Positions 1-13,400 of a stretch of DNA of 64,000 nucleotides are shown here, one piece after another. Below the pieces are notes generated by a model, which saw nothing but the letters and a program-made list of their open reading frames with translations, searched no databases and was not told the origin of the DNA. The DNA lies in the NCBI GenBank assembly GCA_002633005.1, contig NMRA01000951.1:25947-89946 (forward strand), written 5' to 3'. Numbering within the stretch: the first letter of the stretch is position 1; every line of letters begins with the position of its first letter. A program made the position numbers and the translations under genes. The stretch is from Phoronis australis. Its lineage: Eukaryota; Animalia; Phoronida.

Positions 1-3000
1 ACCACTGAAGTGATTGGTCTGCAAGACTGGAATGTTAAATTATGCAATTGTGACATCATTGGCAGAAATGATGGAAACATGGCCTTGTGACTAGCTTTAT
101 ACATAACCTCCATTTAACGAGGGGTGTCTTGAATATTTTGGCTGATGAGTCAAGATGAAATCTATTCTTGTTGAAAGTAGGCAGTTTTGAAGACAAAAAT
201 TACATGGAATAATCTAGTGGTTTAGTGTCATTTTCAGACTAAATTTGTCATGTTTCGGAAACTTATGAACTTTATTTAAGTGGGTTGTGACGTGATAAAG
301 TGTTCAACTATGTCCAGTAATTTGTGTTCTCTATTTTATTTTGATATATCTTAACCAGTTCACTAGTGTAATGTAACACTAGCTAGCAAGGACATTGTTT
401 GTAAGACTTTGAATGTCCAGTTTTCAAGCAATAACATTCAGACTGACGCACCGGGCATGCCATCAACTAGTCAAACTACGTTACAACACCTTGGTTGTTT
501 GCTCACTTATGCTGTTGCTTTCCACTAGCCAACTGCTCTCCAAGTTGACCCATGAATTGTCAATGTAAACTTGGTTAATTAAAGGTGTTTAGAAAATAGC
601 CGAAAGGTTTGTTGTGATGTGGTTCATCTGTACAAGAGTGAGGCATGAAGTTGTGCTACTGGAGAAATCTGCTGTTAGAACGGGTAGTGGTGTATGGATC
701 TCTGTAATATTAACTGGAAATGTGGACGTTAACAAAAGACGTGTATTAAACAAATGGTTATGAAAAATGATTGTTAATGTGTTGTTAATATATTTTGAAT
801 AAAACAGTGATGCCAAGTTGATGTTTTAACATGTGTTAAACAGAAATTGATTAAACTCGCATAAGCTGAAGTTAACCAGACTGATCAGTTTTATCAGAGT
901 ATGGTGAAAGGCCGAGCACGTGAACTTTAATAATTCCCACATCCAGGATTGAACTTTCCCCTTTAGTAGAGGTACAAAAACCCATTGCATAAGTGACCTA
1001 GTTTTCGAAAGATGTATCCGTGAACACACTTCTAAGCTGACTTGGACAAGTGAAGAACGATTTATCACACCTGGATCAGCTTTTCATTCTATGTCTGCAT
1101 TTAACTTGCTATGTAACATCAAGAAAAACGTGGAACACTAAAAGAAAAACATGGAACACTAACCTTAATGTATAATAACGATAAAAAACAAGAATCCAAC
1201 TGTGTGGCTATTACCACACAAGAACAGCATTGTGGGTAATACTAGAGAATCGCAAAGGGTGTGGGGGGGTATTCCTGTAAGTGACTATTTTACTGAAGAA
1301 CTTAAGTCTTCACTTGTGTAGTTGTATTGCTGTCACTATGTACAAAACTCAGCCAGTGGTGACACCTGTTGGGTTAGGTCATCGCAACAATGCACAGGTG
1401 CCACATGTCATCAACATTTTAAATTACATGTATGATATTCTCGCATGGTATAATTCAATCAAACCATTTATCACCAGTCTGGATACAGTAATCTTTCAGT
1501 TCAAGCGACCCTTCAATTTCATGGTTAATATAAAAGGAACAGATTATCGAATGTTTTATTTATGTTAAATACAACTTTACAGTAACATTTGCTACAGAAC
1601 AATGCAAAGCCAAAAGCAAAAATATGTACATACAGCAACCAATAATTTTCAATTACTAGCACTTAATGTTAATTAATATGATAGTTATAATATTCTCTGC
1701 ACCCTTGAACTGTCACTGGTCAGAACAACGCATCAACCCAACTCGTAGAAATAGCAACATCAAAGTACATTATAATGTAGTTGGTTGTTGCTAAATGACA
1801 CTCCTGATTTTGTGACCAGCTAGTTCTAACCAATACTTCATACCCACTCAGCACCTGCCAACTACTACAACATCATTATCACACGATTTTTGAAAACATC
1901 CCATTCCAAAAAATAAAACAAATCCCCTGACCAAAACTAAAACGGGATTCTCTTAACATTAAACAAACAAAACAAGTCCTATACAATTGTATCATTATGT
2001 CTTAGAGAAGATCTCGCATTACTGCCCGAGGTCACTAGTCAATGCACAAGTGAACATTCCTTAAAGATGTATTTGTATGCTCTTAACTATGTTAATGTAT
2101 ACAAGGAACTAAATGGCAATGCTACTTTAACATATTTACGCTTAACAAAGTGCAGCTGTATTCATTGACAACTTGTAAAGGTGAAAACAAAAAATTTACA
2201 AAGCTATATATTGTTTCTAACAAATTTGGCCAAGCAATCACAAAGATAAGGAACTAAGTCTACAAGTTCCACTTTAAAGCCTATCTTGAATGGTAACACT
2301 TGAAAATTTGGTTACTACAGTATGTTAAGAGCCTCGCCCTGAGCCCACCAGTGCCACTAATTGCCAAATATAATGAACTGTTAGGCTCTCTGGCTTGCTT
2401 TTGTCTACATCACCCATGAATCAACCTCAAAAAGCTGTGAATAACACCTGCAAGCAAAGGTGTTCTATTCAAACCCCTAGTCAATACAACTGTTATCAGC
2501 CTTTTGTTGTTTGTGCTGGGATCTTGCAGTGACGCAGTATGGCACGAAAAGACAACTTCACCAATCATTTGACAGGCCTATATTTTAGTGATTAAAATGG
2601 TGTTTTCTTATTTTGCTAAAACTTTGCTAGGATTACCTGGCTAGCCTAATACATTTATAATAACAAATTCTGTTGAAGTTAGGCTCTAAACTTTTATACA
2701 TCATACATCAGCAGCTCACTACTAACAGTGGTCCAGGGCTGACGTCCAAGTGAACATTCTTTAAAGTTCAATAAACCATAAGTGGTCCCTGACCAGAGGC
2801 TGTATGTGATAAACAAGTGAACGATTTTCTTATATCAACAACATTAACGTTGTTAGTTATTTTGCCATATTTTAAAGATAGGAAAACCAGTAAACAACAA
2901 AACAACATACTTTTTGATCAGCGAAAGCACTTACGGCAACACTACAGCCGTCCCTTCTTAATGCACAAGTTTTGTATGTTCATGAAAGTCATGACAACTG

Positions 3001-4011
3001 TGAATGGACCCTTAGCACCTCACTGGCTTTGCTCTTGACTTTGCCAGACAAACGCATATTTCTAAGCGAGATATGCACCGCACGACACTTGGAAGTTCTC
3101 AAACAGGCTGAGTATCAATGAATAAGCCAACTGACTAAGATGTAACTGCTGTAACACATTCCATACACTTGCATTCAATAACAAAACCAGCACTTTTACC
3201 AATGGTACTTTTCTAGAATTTTCTGACTTACTATCAATAGATATCAACACCGTGAATTTGGCTGGCAATGGTTGACATTGCTGCACCTCACAGTTAACCT
3301 GTTGATTAGACACTATAACGCAGGTTTTAGTACAGCACATCACAGCTAACTAGTGGTGTGCAGCACTACTTCAGTAGCAGTATGTAGATCAAACCATTCA
3401 TTTCATAGTATCTCTACCACAAGTCAAATACCTCATTTGAAGACTTTCACAAGATAAATACAACTTTGTACCAACTTCTTCACATAAAGCAGTAGTTTCC
3501 TTACAGCTTCATAGAAAGAACTGAGTCAAAACAAGTTATACAACATATCCCACACCAAAATATTGAGCTAATGCTTACCTCAACTCCAAGAAACACTGCC
3601 TGCTTCCTGACCATGTACTGCACCAGACAAATAATAAGACACATTAACTATAGCATGTAACAAGACAGTGCATGCCTCAGCAGTTGGAGGACACGCCTAG
3701 CTCACTAGTGAAGAATACACCTAGTTATACAGTAAAAGTTTGTCAGTCAAGTAAGAAAGGCAGACATGAATTGGCCAAGTGTCAAATCACTTGTTGATTA
3801 CGGTATATAATAAATAAATAAAGTCATTCAGTGACAGAAAGAGAGTTATTAATAATTAACTAAACGGCCCATTCCAAGTCTGTACACTCCTCATTTCCAA
3901 TTAAGAAATTTGGCTTCAAGATGGATCAACAAGATTAACTTTCCTCATACACAGATGACGTTTTTCACTACTGTACAGTACTAATGTCAAGTGTACCACC
4001 ACATGTTCTAG

Positions 4012-4172
4012 TAGACAGCCAGCCAGCCCGTACATTCTCACATCAGGTGGTGCTAGTTGACAGCCAGCTTGTACATTCTCACAATAGGTGGTGCTGATTG
4101 ATAGCCAGTCTGTACATTCTCACAACAGGTGGCACTAGTTCACAGCCAGCCAATACATTCTCACAACAGGTG
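4012..4172. repeat. Minisatellite, ~4 copies of a ~39-bp unit, in the inferred AGFG1 3' UTR
   Basis: Recurring acagccagc..gtacattctcacaacaggtgg units. Confidence 0.8.
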
Positions 4173-4463
4173 GTAATGACAGTGCAAGAGAGAAACATAC
4201 ATCTACGCAACAGTCAAGTCACTATACATCTAAAATCTTTAGTTAATCATGAAAATAATATTCCTTGACAGTACAGCCAACTGCACACAATGCAGCTTAG
4301 TAATTTCTTGGGCCCAATGACCTGTCAGTGCAAGTAACCATCAGACTTGAACGCATGACATCACTCCAGTGAATGTATATTCACATCAGTCTATAATCTC
4401 AAATGGACATGCTCACTGAACCTCTGTGCATCTGACCTTTGAACAGATATACCAACTGGCAGA

Positions 4464-7400
4464 CTAGAGAAAGGGGTTTGTAGAGCTGTTGCTAGGTGGC
4501 GCTGTCTGTTGTGGTGCAACATTCTGAAAAATAAACAAATTTTATTGCTTAAATAACACTACAAATTCCCTAACATTGCCCTTGTTGTTGCTACGTTTAC
4601 ACATCAACATATAGACAAAAATATGCATCTGAACACAAAACGCAGGGTAGGATACTGGTCGGGACATCCCTATTGTTATGTCACCAAAAGTCATCCCTAA
4701 TGAATGTCTCCAACATGTAATTCCATACATATGTCACCAACAGGACATCCTTATGCCTGCATATCATCACTTTTTTTTTGGTTTTAATCAGACTGTGTTC
4801 TCTGAATAACTTGTCGGCAATAACTCGAACATTGAATTGTGGACTGCAATACAGCCTCATACCACAGACTGGAACAAAATAATCCAAATTACAGATGCTT
4901 TGTCTCTATATGATAATTTGGACAGAATGAGTTCACTAAAATCAAATGACATGTTTGAGATCAGAAGATAGCTAACACAGGAAACGAGTTATTCATTATG
5001 ACCAAAGGAAGTGTACACAGGCCAAGAATGCAAATGACTAATCACACCGTTTGTGATTAAAACATACACCTGGTTGAACTCAGCCCATGTTCTGCTCAGA
5101 TACCATCTAACTACACAGACAAGAGCGCTCGGAGGAGCGACACTTGGCGAAATTAATCGAAAAGACGACGATGGGGAGGACGACGACGACGATCATGACG
5201 ATGAAGGCAGCAATTATGAACAACACGATAACATTCATGGGACTAGCGAAGAAATCAGTAAGAAATAGGCTGCAGTCTTGTTCAATAGCCGGTAATTTAG
5301 TGACAACAGTGCGAGAGCGCTCGGAGGAGCGACACCTGGCAAAATTAATTGAATAGACGACGACGGGGAGGACGACAACAATGACGACGATCATGATGAT
5401 GAAGGCGGCAATTATGAACAACATGATAACATTCAAGGGACTAGTGAAGAAATCAGTAAGAAATAGGCTGCAGTCTTGTTCAATAGCCGGTAATTTAGTG
5501 ACAACAGTGTGAGAGCGTTCGGAGGAGCGACACTTGGCGAAATTAAACAAAAAGAAGACGATGGGGAGAACAACGACGATGACGATGAAGGCGGCAATTA
5601 TGAACAACACAATAACATTCATGTGACTAGCAAAGAAATCAGTAAGCAATAGGCTGCAGTCTTGTTCAATAGAAGCTAAACCAACGTCAATGCAGCAAGA
5701 GCGCTCAACAAGGGAACAGTGAAATCAGAAAATCTCAAATAATTCGAAAAGTAGATGTCCTAGCGAAAACCAGAAAACATCATCTGAAAGCCCGTTCAAA
5801 GCTCTATCTAAATTGATAGTAACACACAATTCCGTAAACTTTTCGAAAAAATTGAAATTTTGTGTTATTTTGAAATTCAAAGTCAAATAACTCGAAAACG
5901 GTAAGTCTGAGAGAAACGTTATCGCAGAACTTTTGAAAGAGCATACTTCAAAAAATCCACAACCAAAAATTCATGTCATTTGCTGTTCCCGTTAAAAATG
6001 CAACCGCAGAACGATTGAAAATGGGTGAGCCAGAGCCGCCATCTTGAAAGTGATTTCCGGTTAAACAAACTTTTATAATAGTCACACAAACGAAACAAAG
6101 AGGTGACGAGATTGAAAGTGATTGGTTCACCAATGCGCCTTCTACTGGAGAAAACGTTTTCAGCCAGATATCGAGTTGCGCATGCGCCATGGCCAATATT
6201 TCCGCCATCTTTGACCGGAAGTTAACAATTTACCGCGCAGTTGTAGTACTCATGTCCTGTAATAATCATACCAAGTTTCAGCTCTGTACCTTGAAAAATG
6301 CAGCCTCTATGAGCATTTTAATCTGAAACCGTAATCAAAATGGCCGCCACGTCCGCCATTTTAAATCCGATCATGACCAGAAACAATAGGCTTCCAGTAC
6401 TTCCCGATGTACACGTCGTGTGCAAATTTCGTGTGAATCGGACGAAAATTGCGACCTGTAGAGAGCGAACAAACAAAAAAAAATTGATGTCAGACCAACA
6501 TACTTGTCAGAATTGGAAGAATTCCACCAAGTAATAACAGCAAATCACCATCATTGTTCACATTTTACTGAAATAAAAATAGCCACCAAAATACAGTGTT
6601 AAAGAAGTCTTCAATGGTGTTCAACAGATATTTACCATAAAAGGATTCACACTCTGTGAAGGCTGTCCCCATGATGCAAACTGTTGCTGTCCTCCAAAGC
6701 CACTGTTCACACCCATCTGCTGCGGCGGTGGTGCCCCAAATCCTCCTTGTTGTGGCACTCCAAACATGCCAGCACTGCCAAACCCTCCTTGGCTGGCCTT
6801 CCCCATCATTTGTCCACCAGCGCCTCCTACTGGCTGCTGGCCAAACAGTCCCATTTGGTTGTGAGGCTGAGCTTGACCCCAGCTGCCATTTTGCATTCCT
6901 GCTGTGGAGAGTGAAGGATTAGATGCAACAGGCAAGCTGGTGAAGCCAGATGATGCCATTGGTTGATTGAAGGATGACTGTTGGGGAAATCCACTGGCCA
7001 CACCCCCTGGCACACTGCCTGATGACAGAAACGGGTTGACTGAGCTCCCAGGCTGGTTAAGGGGGTTTGATCCACCCAATGGAACAGCCTGGCTGCTTGG
7101 AGCTAGTCCACCAAATGGATTTGCAGCTGGAACATAAAAATAATAGCTTGAAGTGCATCAGCTACCAACATGTTTCAAAAAACTCAAGACAAGTGCTTAA
7201 CAAAACATCGATAAAGTTTCATCACCTCCAAAAGTTACAACTTAAAATGTCCAAGCTGTCTTTGGCAGTAGTCTCACAGAATCCTGAATTTTGAGAACCA
7301 GAAAGATGCTCGTTATTCAGTAGAGAAAAAAATAATTCTCAAAATGTTAGACCTTTAGTTAATGATTCTTCAGTGTGTCCACTGAGAGACTTTCTAACAA

Positions 7401-10400
7401 AGTCCAAGCACATAATAAATAACAGAGAGCATACTGACTCATACATTCACAACTGGCTTTACTTTTGTCCGATACCTTTAAAAGCATGGAGGTTGACAAA
7501 AAAACAAAATAATATAAATAGAAAGAGTAACTAATCCTTTCCAACACCTGACATGCAATTCCAGAGAACGCAAAGTCCGAAGTTAGTCTTCTAGCACAAA
7601 CAATATACTACCAATTACTAGCACCAAAACATTTCAATCAACGAAACCAAAATCCCTTTTGGCGTGTAACAAATAATTGTCTAGTCAATCCTATTTGTTC
7701 AAGCTCACCGTTAACCAAACAAATGCCCATCACAACCTTTGAAACACCTGAAGCCTGAAGGTCTTTCATTGACACAGTCAATACAGTAACAGTTGAAAGC
7801 TAACTACATGACATCATCACCATGTACTGCAGCCTGTGAAATAATACTAGAACTGCCATCTGTAAGCTTTCAGGCAACATCAAGCTCCAATATGGATTCA
7901 AAACCATTTCAAACCACTTAACGAGAAAAGGTCAGTGGATAAGCACTCACACAGGGAAGATGATACAAAGGTGATTCAGCGTAGTAAGTCAGACATTTGG
8001 AAACCAACCTCTGTTGTACACTTAGCTCCCTTAACAACATGCAATCAAATAGAGTCAGAATTCTGTTAATGTCAATGTAAACAAATGGCATGTGACGGCA
8101 CAAGGAAGTTCAACACATAACAGAGACCATATGAACCCATGCAATACCTGCAGTTTGGACAAATGGATTAGTTGGATCCCAGCTCTGACTGACCCCTGTT
8201 GGTGAAACATGTATTGACCATCAGTTCTAAATAACTCTACTTAAGACATTTATACAATTAATTGTGTTTATATACAAAGTCTTTCATCTCCAAACTTCAA
8301 CTTGGAGTCAAGTAACCAAAGCACAAGCTGGAGAAAACATGGATTATGTCTGTCTAAATGGCTCTCATCAGTTTTCTCCAACTGCTTAGTTCATCATGTC
8401 TGTGCAACTGCCTCTGATCAAGTCTGTCCTACTGCTTCTCTAACAGTGACGACTCCACCAACCAAACGACACATCCACGTATACATGAAGATAAATACTC
8501 AGTCAGAAGGCTGAATGCCAGTATCCCAAGAGTTCATTTTCGTTCTGAGTTTTGATTTCAAGTTTCAAACACTAGATAGTAGCGTATATGCTAAATCTAA
8601 AAACCAAAATTACCAACAATTCCATCATGATGGCTGGACGTAAATCCAACTCTCAGCAGTAGCCAACCACCATGACGAGGAATGAAAAGAAATTGACAGG
8701 AAAGTTAGCTTAGCGGAATTTCTATCTTTAGTTAGAATTTTGCTACAATGATTTGTCGCAGCAATTTTGCTGTTAATGGAATTAAAAATCTTGATGAGGG
8801 TATTTGTGCTTTTACATTTAACAGATTGAAATTCAAAATTTTAGTCCCTTTGTGTGTATTTGTAACTCATCTTTTAGATAGCCAGCCATTAAATTCTTTC
8901 CTTGCAACATGGAGCTTAAAAATGGTTAAAATTTTTGCATTTAATTTTGCTGACAACATAGCACAAGACGGCTACCTTCCATACGCAGGCCAATCTCTTG
9001 CAAGTTTGTGCGATAGTTGACCACATGACACAGCCTGGGTTTACATTTCATGCAGATTCACAGCACTGTTGATTCATGGTATTGTCTTTTCTCATTACAT
9101 AAATCTTAATTCTTCTTTTAGGATTATTTTGTTGGCACATTTCTACACAAGATCATAATGTGATTTTGCGGTTAAACCAGCAAACCTGAAATACAATACT
9201 TTAAAACACCAGTACCCCACTGCCGTCTACAGAGTTACATTTATGCACAACAGGAGGAGTAGACTAAGTGCCCATAACCCACCTGTGTTAGGCTGACCTC
9301 CAAAGGGTGTGTTAACTTGCTGACCACCAAACATGGCCGAATTTGATGAAGGGCCCATAGCTGTACTGAGGGACGTTCCGCCAGAACCAAAGAGAGAACC
9401 TGAAATGGAAAGCACATTATTGTGAAACAAAGGTCACCTTTTTCAAATATTTTTTGCAACACCATCAATAATTGTACCATCCCGTTTTGAGTCAAATCTA
9501 TTCCCATGGAAAATCTAAATAAGTAAAGCACTTATAACAAACAACACGTAGTGCAAATCTTACAAAAAGAATGAAAACAAATGGCTTAAGTTGGAGTAGC
9601 AATTCAAGCTGTCACCTTCTGTTGAAAAACTAACCTTCAATTCAGAATCCTTATCATTTTGAAATTGGTCTCAATTCATTCTTTACTTAAATTAGAAAGC
9701 GGCATATGACCCTTCATAAAATGAACCTCTCGTTTATAGCAGCTTTAACATTTGTTACCTACTCATTTTCAATTATTTTTAAAATGCTTTGTCTGGAACA
9801 TGGATGTCAAATTTGTACTCACCAGAGGGCGTGGTCGTGTTGCCCCCTTGCCAGTTGATTCCTCCCGCACCACCATCCCAGTTCACTGTGGACACGGGTT
9901 CAGGGACTGGACTGGAGAACAGGTCAGCAAGGTTGGTGTACTTGTTGCTATCACCAATAGTGGGCGCCGTTGAAGTAGTATTAGATGCCTGTGGTGAGGC
10001 AAAGTTGGCAAACAGGTCTGTGGTTGGGTTGGACTGAGGTTGGGGAAAACCTGGAGAAAGGCACAGGACAACACATCAATATATGAGTTCAGCAAAATAT
10101 AGTAGAAGACACGATCACCATCATGGAGTCGGCAAGTAAACTGAGAAGCCGTTTCACGGCAACACACAAGCCCAGGGCTTCGAATGAACCATGAGAAAAA
10201 AGAGGAAATTTTTTGGGACCTAAATACACATTTCAATCTAAACCATACCTCAATAGATTGAAAGTAAACATTAGTATCACAAAATGCCTCAGTACTGTGT
10301 CGTGTTGGCAAAACGCACTCATCTTAAGCAGTACTTGACATCTATTTCAGCAACAACAATGAAGGCAATTAGATGCAACAAAATATTTTTCAAAATTAAA

Positions 10401-13400
10401 ATAATAAAGATAATGATGAAAAATTTGCAGTGTGAGTGGAAGAAGCTTATTCTTGATTTGCTGCAGGGAGACATATTAAATTATTTTCAATTCTTATAAT
10501 TACGATACAAATTAAATTACAAAAAAAATTGAAAATCGATCCATAGATTACCTAGAAAGCCTGAAATACAAGCACATTTAATTCCAACAAACAATTTAAT
10601 TCCAATGCAAATGGAAAAACGTCAAGACGAAAACCTGTGGCTCATACCCCAACTGTTAGCATGGAAAAATGAAAGTCAAAAATAACATACTTTAAACTAT
10701 AGAATGCATCAATCACAACCCTAAGTTGGCCAAACTTTTCAGTTTCAAACAGTAATTACAGGAGTTAATTGTTCATACGCCACGCTGGTGTAGAAGAAAC
10801 TATGTGACAAGAAACAACTACCAGGACACTGAAAATAGGCTGGCAGAATTTGTAAGCAATGGCTTAGACCAATCAGATCATTCAGAATCTGTCACATGAT
10901 CACTTCTCTCGAACTGCAAAACTCGAGTCACAAAATAGAACACAAAAAATGTCAAAATAAATCAAAATACCTAAAAGGCAATTTAAAACACATTTGCAGT
11001 AACGACAATAGCGCTTTGTATCCCGTTTCGGCGGCAGGTAGAAAATCGCACTCAGCACTAGCAGCCAACGGCAACGGGCGTTCATGCGGGATCAAACAAA
11101 AGAATTTCATACATCACTCACATCCCACAATTCCAATCCAACGAATGACCGGTTACGGTTGAATTTTCTTTCAGGAAGTGTTGTTATTTCTAGTGTTTCA
11201 TTGTTTTCAGTCGGTCCTCCGACTCCAAGTTAGTCCAACTCCAAGGCGACTCGGCCACGCACTCCGTAATTGTTCCTCTCTCAAAGTTTACAGAGCACAA
11301 ACCTTGGTTTGTGAAGACAATGACATTTTCTTTTATCCCCTTTTTCCACGAAATATTCATTCTACTCCACACTCCACACATTTTTGACCACAGAATCGCA
11401 CTATGTCACCGCGATTTTATACCAAATGGAGACGCCACTGATGATCCACGCTATGCCAGGCAGAGGCACTTGAATTTATCTATTCCTCGATTGCCACTGA
11501 CGTCACTCACTACTAAGAAAACATGTTTCTTAAATATTCTTACGAGTCATCGTCAACTTCGAGCGCCTGTGATCCGCAATTACAATTTTCGTTCCTCCGA
11601 AACATAAAGAGCAGTTTCTGCTTTTCGAGTTGTCAGCAACGCCACGGTGAGAAACCAATTTACCGCGATAATTTTATGGCAAATACAATTTTTACGCGGA
11701 AATATAACAAAATATGCAGATCGAATAAAAAAAGCAGAAATCCACGTTTCCGCGGACAATTCCAAGCCTTGCAAGCCTTAGGTCGCCAAAGTTGCAGCAA
11801 ACTGAATATCCAGTGTCACTTCCAAACACTGCCTGGTCCAGGTGCACAAAGGAACAGATTGCCTATAAACAGTGGTCTCAATATGCCACAAGACATCACT
11901 TAGATAAAGCTAATGTCATGCATTAAGGGATCCAAAACTTTTGAAACTGTTTACCTACAAGTAGTTAAAGATCGGCCAATAAAATGGAGTACCATGCTAG
12001 TAAGTATTTGTAGTGTTCCAGAACACATTACATGCTCCCCAATAGCTGAATTAATGAGTACCATTTCACCTTACCTGCTGACCTAGTTGGTTGAGCAGTG
12101 AATGAGCTGGACGCCTGCGTCTGGCCAAATGAACCAAAGTCAGCAAACCCTCCACCAGGTGGAGCTGTAATACAACAGTTTTTGCTTTATGTGACGATTT
12201 TTATGGTTACCTAAAGGTAAGATCAACTGAGAGAAACATGAATGAGATTTCATGAGTGAAGACAACTAAAACCACGACCGGAATCAAATTCAAAGACTAC
12301 AGACTTCAAGTACACAAACCGCAGTCAATGTGAGGTAAGGGTTAACAACAGAGTCTTTGAAAATGCACATTTTGAATTAATATCCCTAACCAAACGTTTT
12401 GAAAAAAGAAAGATATGCCAGCAATAGAAAAGGGATTTTAAACCTTGTAACAATACGCACACACACAAACACACACATCCAAGGTTCCTTACAGGCCCAC
12501 ACATCCATGGCTCCTTACAGACACTAACACACAAACAAACACACACATATATAGCTCCTAACAGAGACTAGCACACACATACATATACACCCATGGCTCC
12601 TTACAGAGACAAACACACACGCACACATACATCCATGGCTCCTCGCAGACACACACATCCATGGCTCCCTACAATGAATTAACAAGACCCGAGAGGTCAA
12701 CAAAAGAACTACAATATCACATCTTCACGTTTGCCTACCCACACCCAGGTACAATTGGAGGACAGAGCGCATAAACCAATGACACTGACTGTTAAAGTTA
12801 CTGTTTTTTACCTGTAGTGGGTGCAGCGAATGGATCACCACCCAGATCTCCTAACAAGTCCATTGTTCCTGATGTCTTGGCTGGCTGGCTGCTTGGAACT
12901 TGTTGGCTTGCCTGTGCGAGGGGAGTGGCCACTGCCCCTGCAGGGGGTCGGACAGTGGGAGGGGTGGACGTAGTGGGGGGCTAAAAATGTAATCATGGTC
13001 AGTGGAATGTTTAGGTGGGTGTGCCATCTAGCTGTAAACAGTAACAGTGAATGGCAGTCAACCAACATGTGTCACTCACCATCAAGCCTTCTTCGCACAT
13101 ACCCTAGCGTAGAGTAGAACAACACGTCCACTGCTCTGCATAAGCAGGGTTGTAACTGCACAAGTCATCATTTTACACAAACACATGTAGAAAAACGGAA
13201 ATGATAGTTTTGGCGATTATAACTGTTCACACTTAAAAAAGCTTTCCAAAGCTGTTATGATAATACTTAACAAATGTTGCAAACTTTTATTTGCGGAATG
13301 TAAACTAGAAACAGCTGGATCCCGTTGACAGATGGCAAGAGATAAGATCATGAGATCAACAAACAGATGGCAGAATTGATATTATTTACGCAAGACAACC

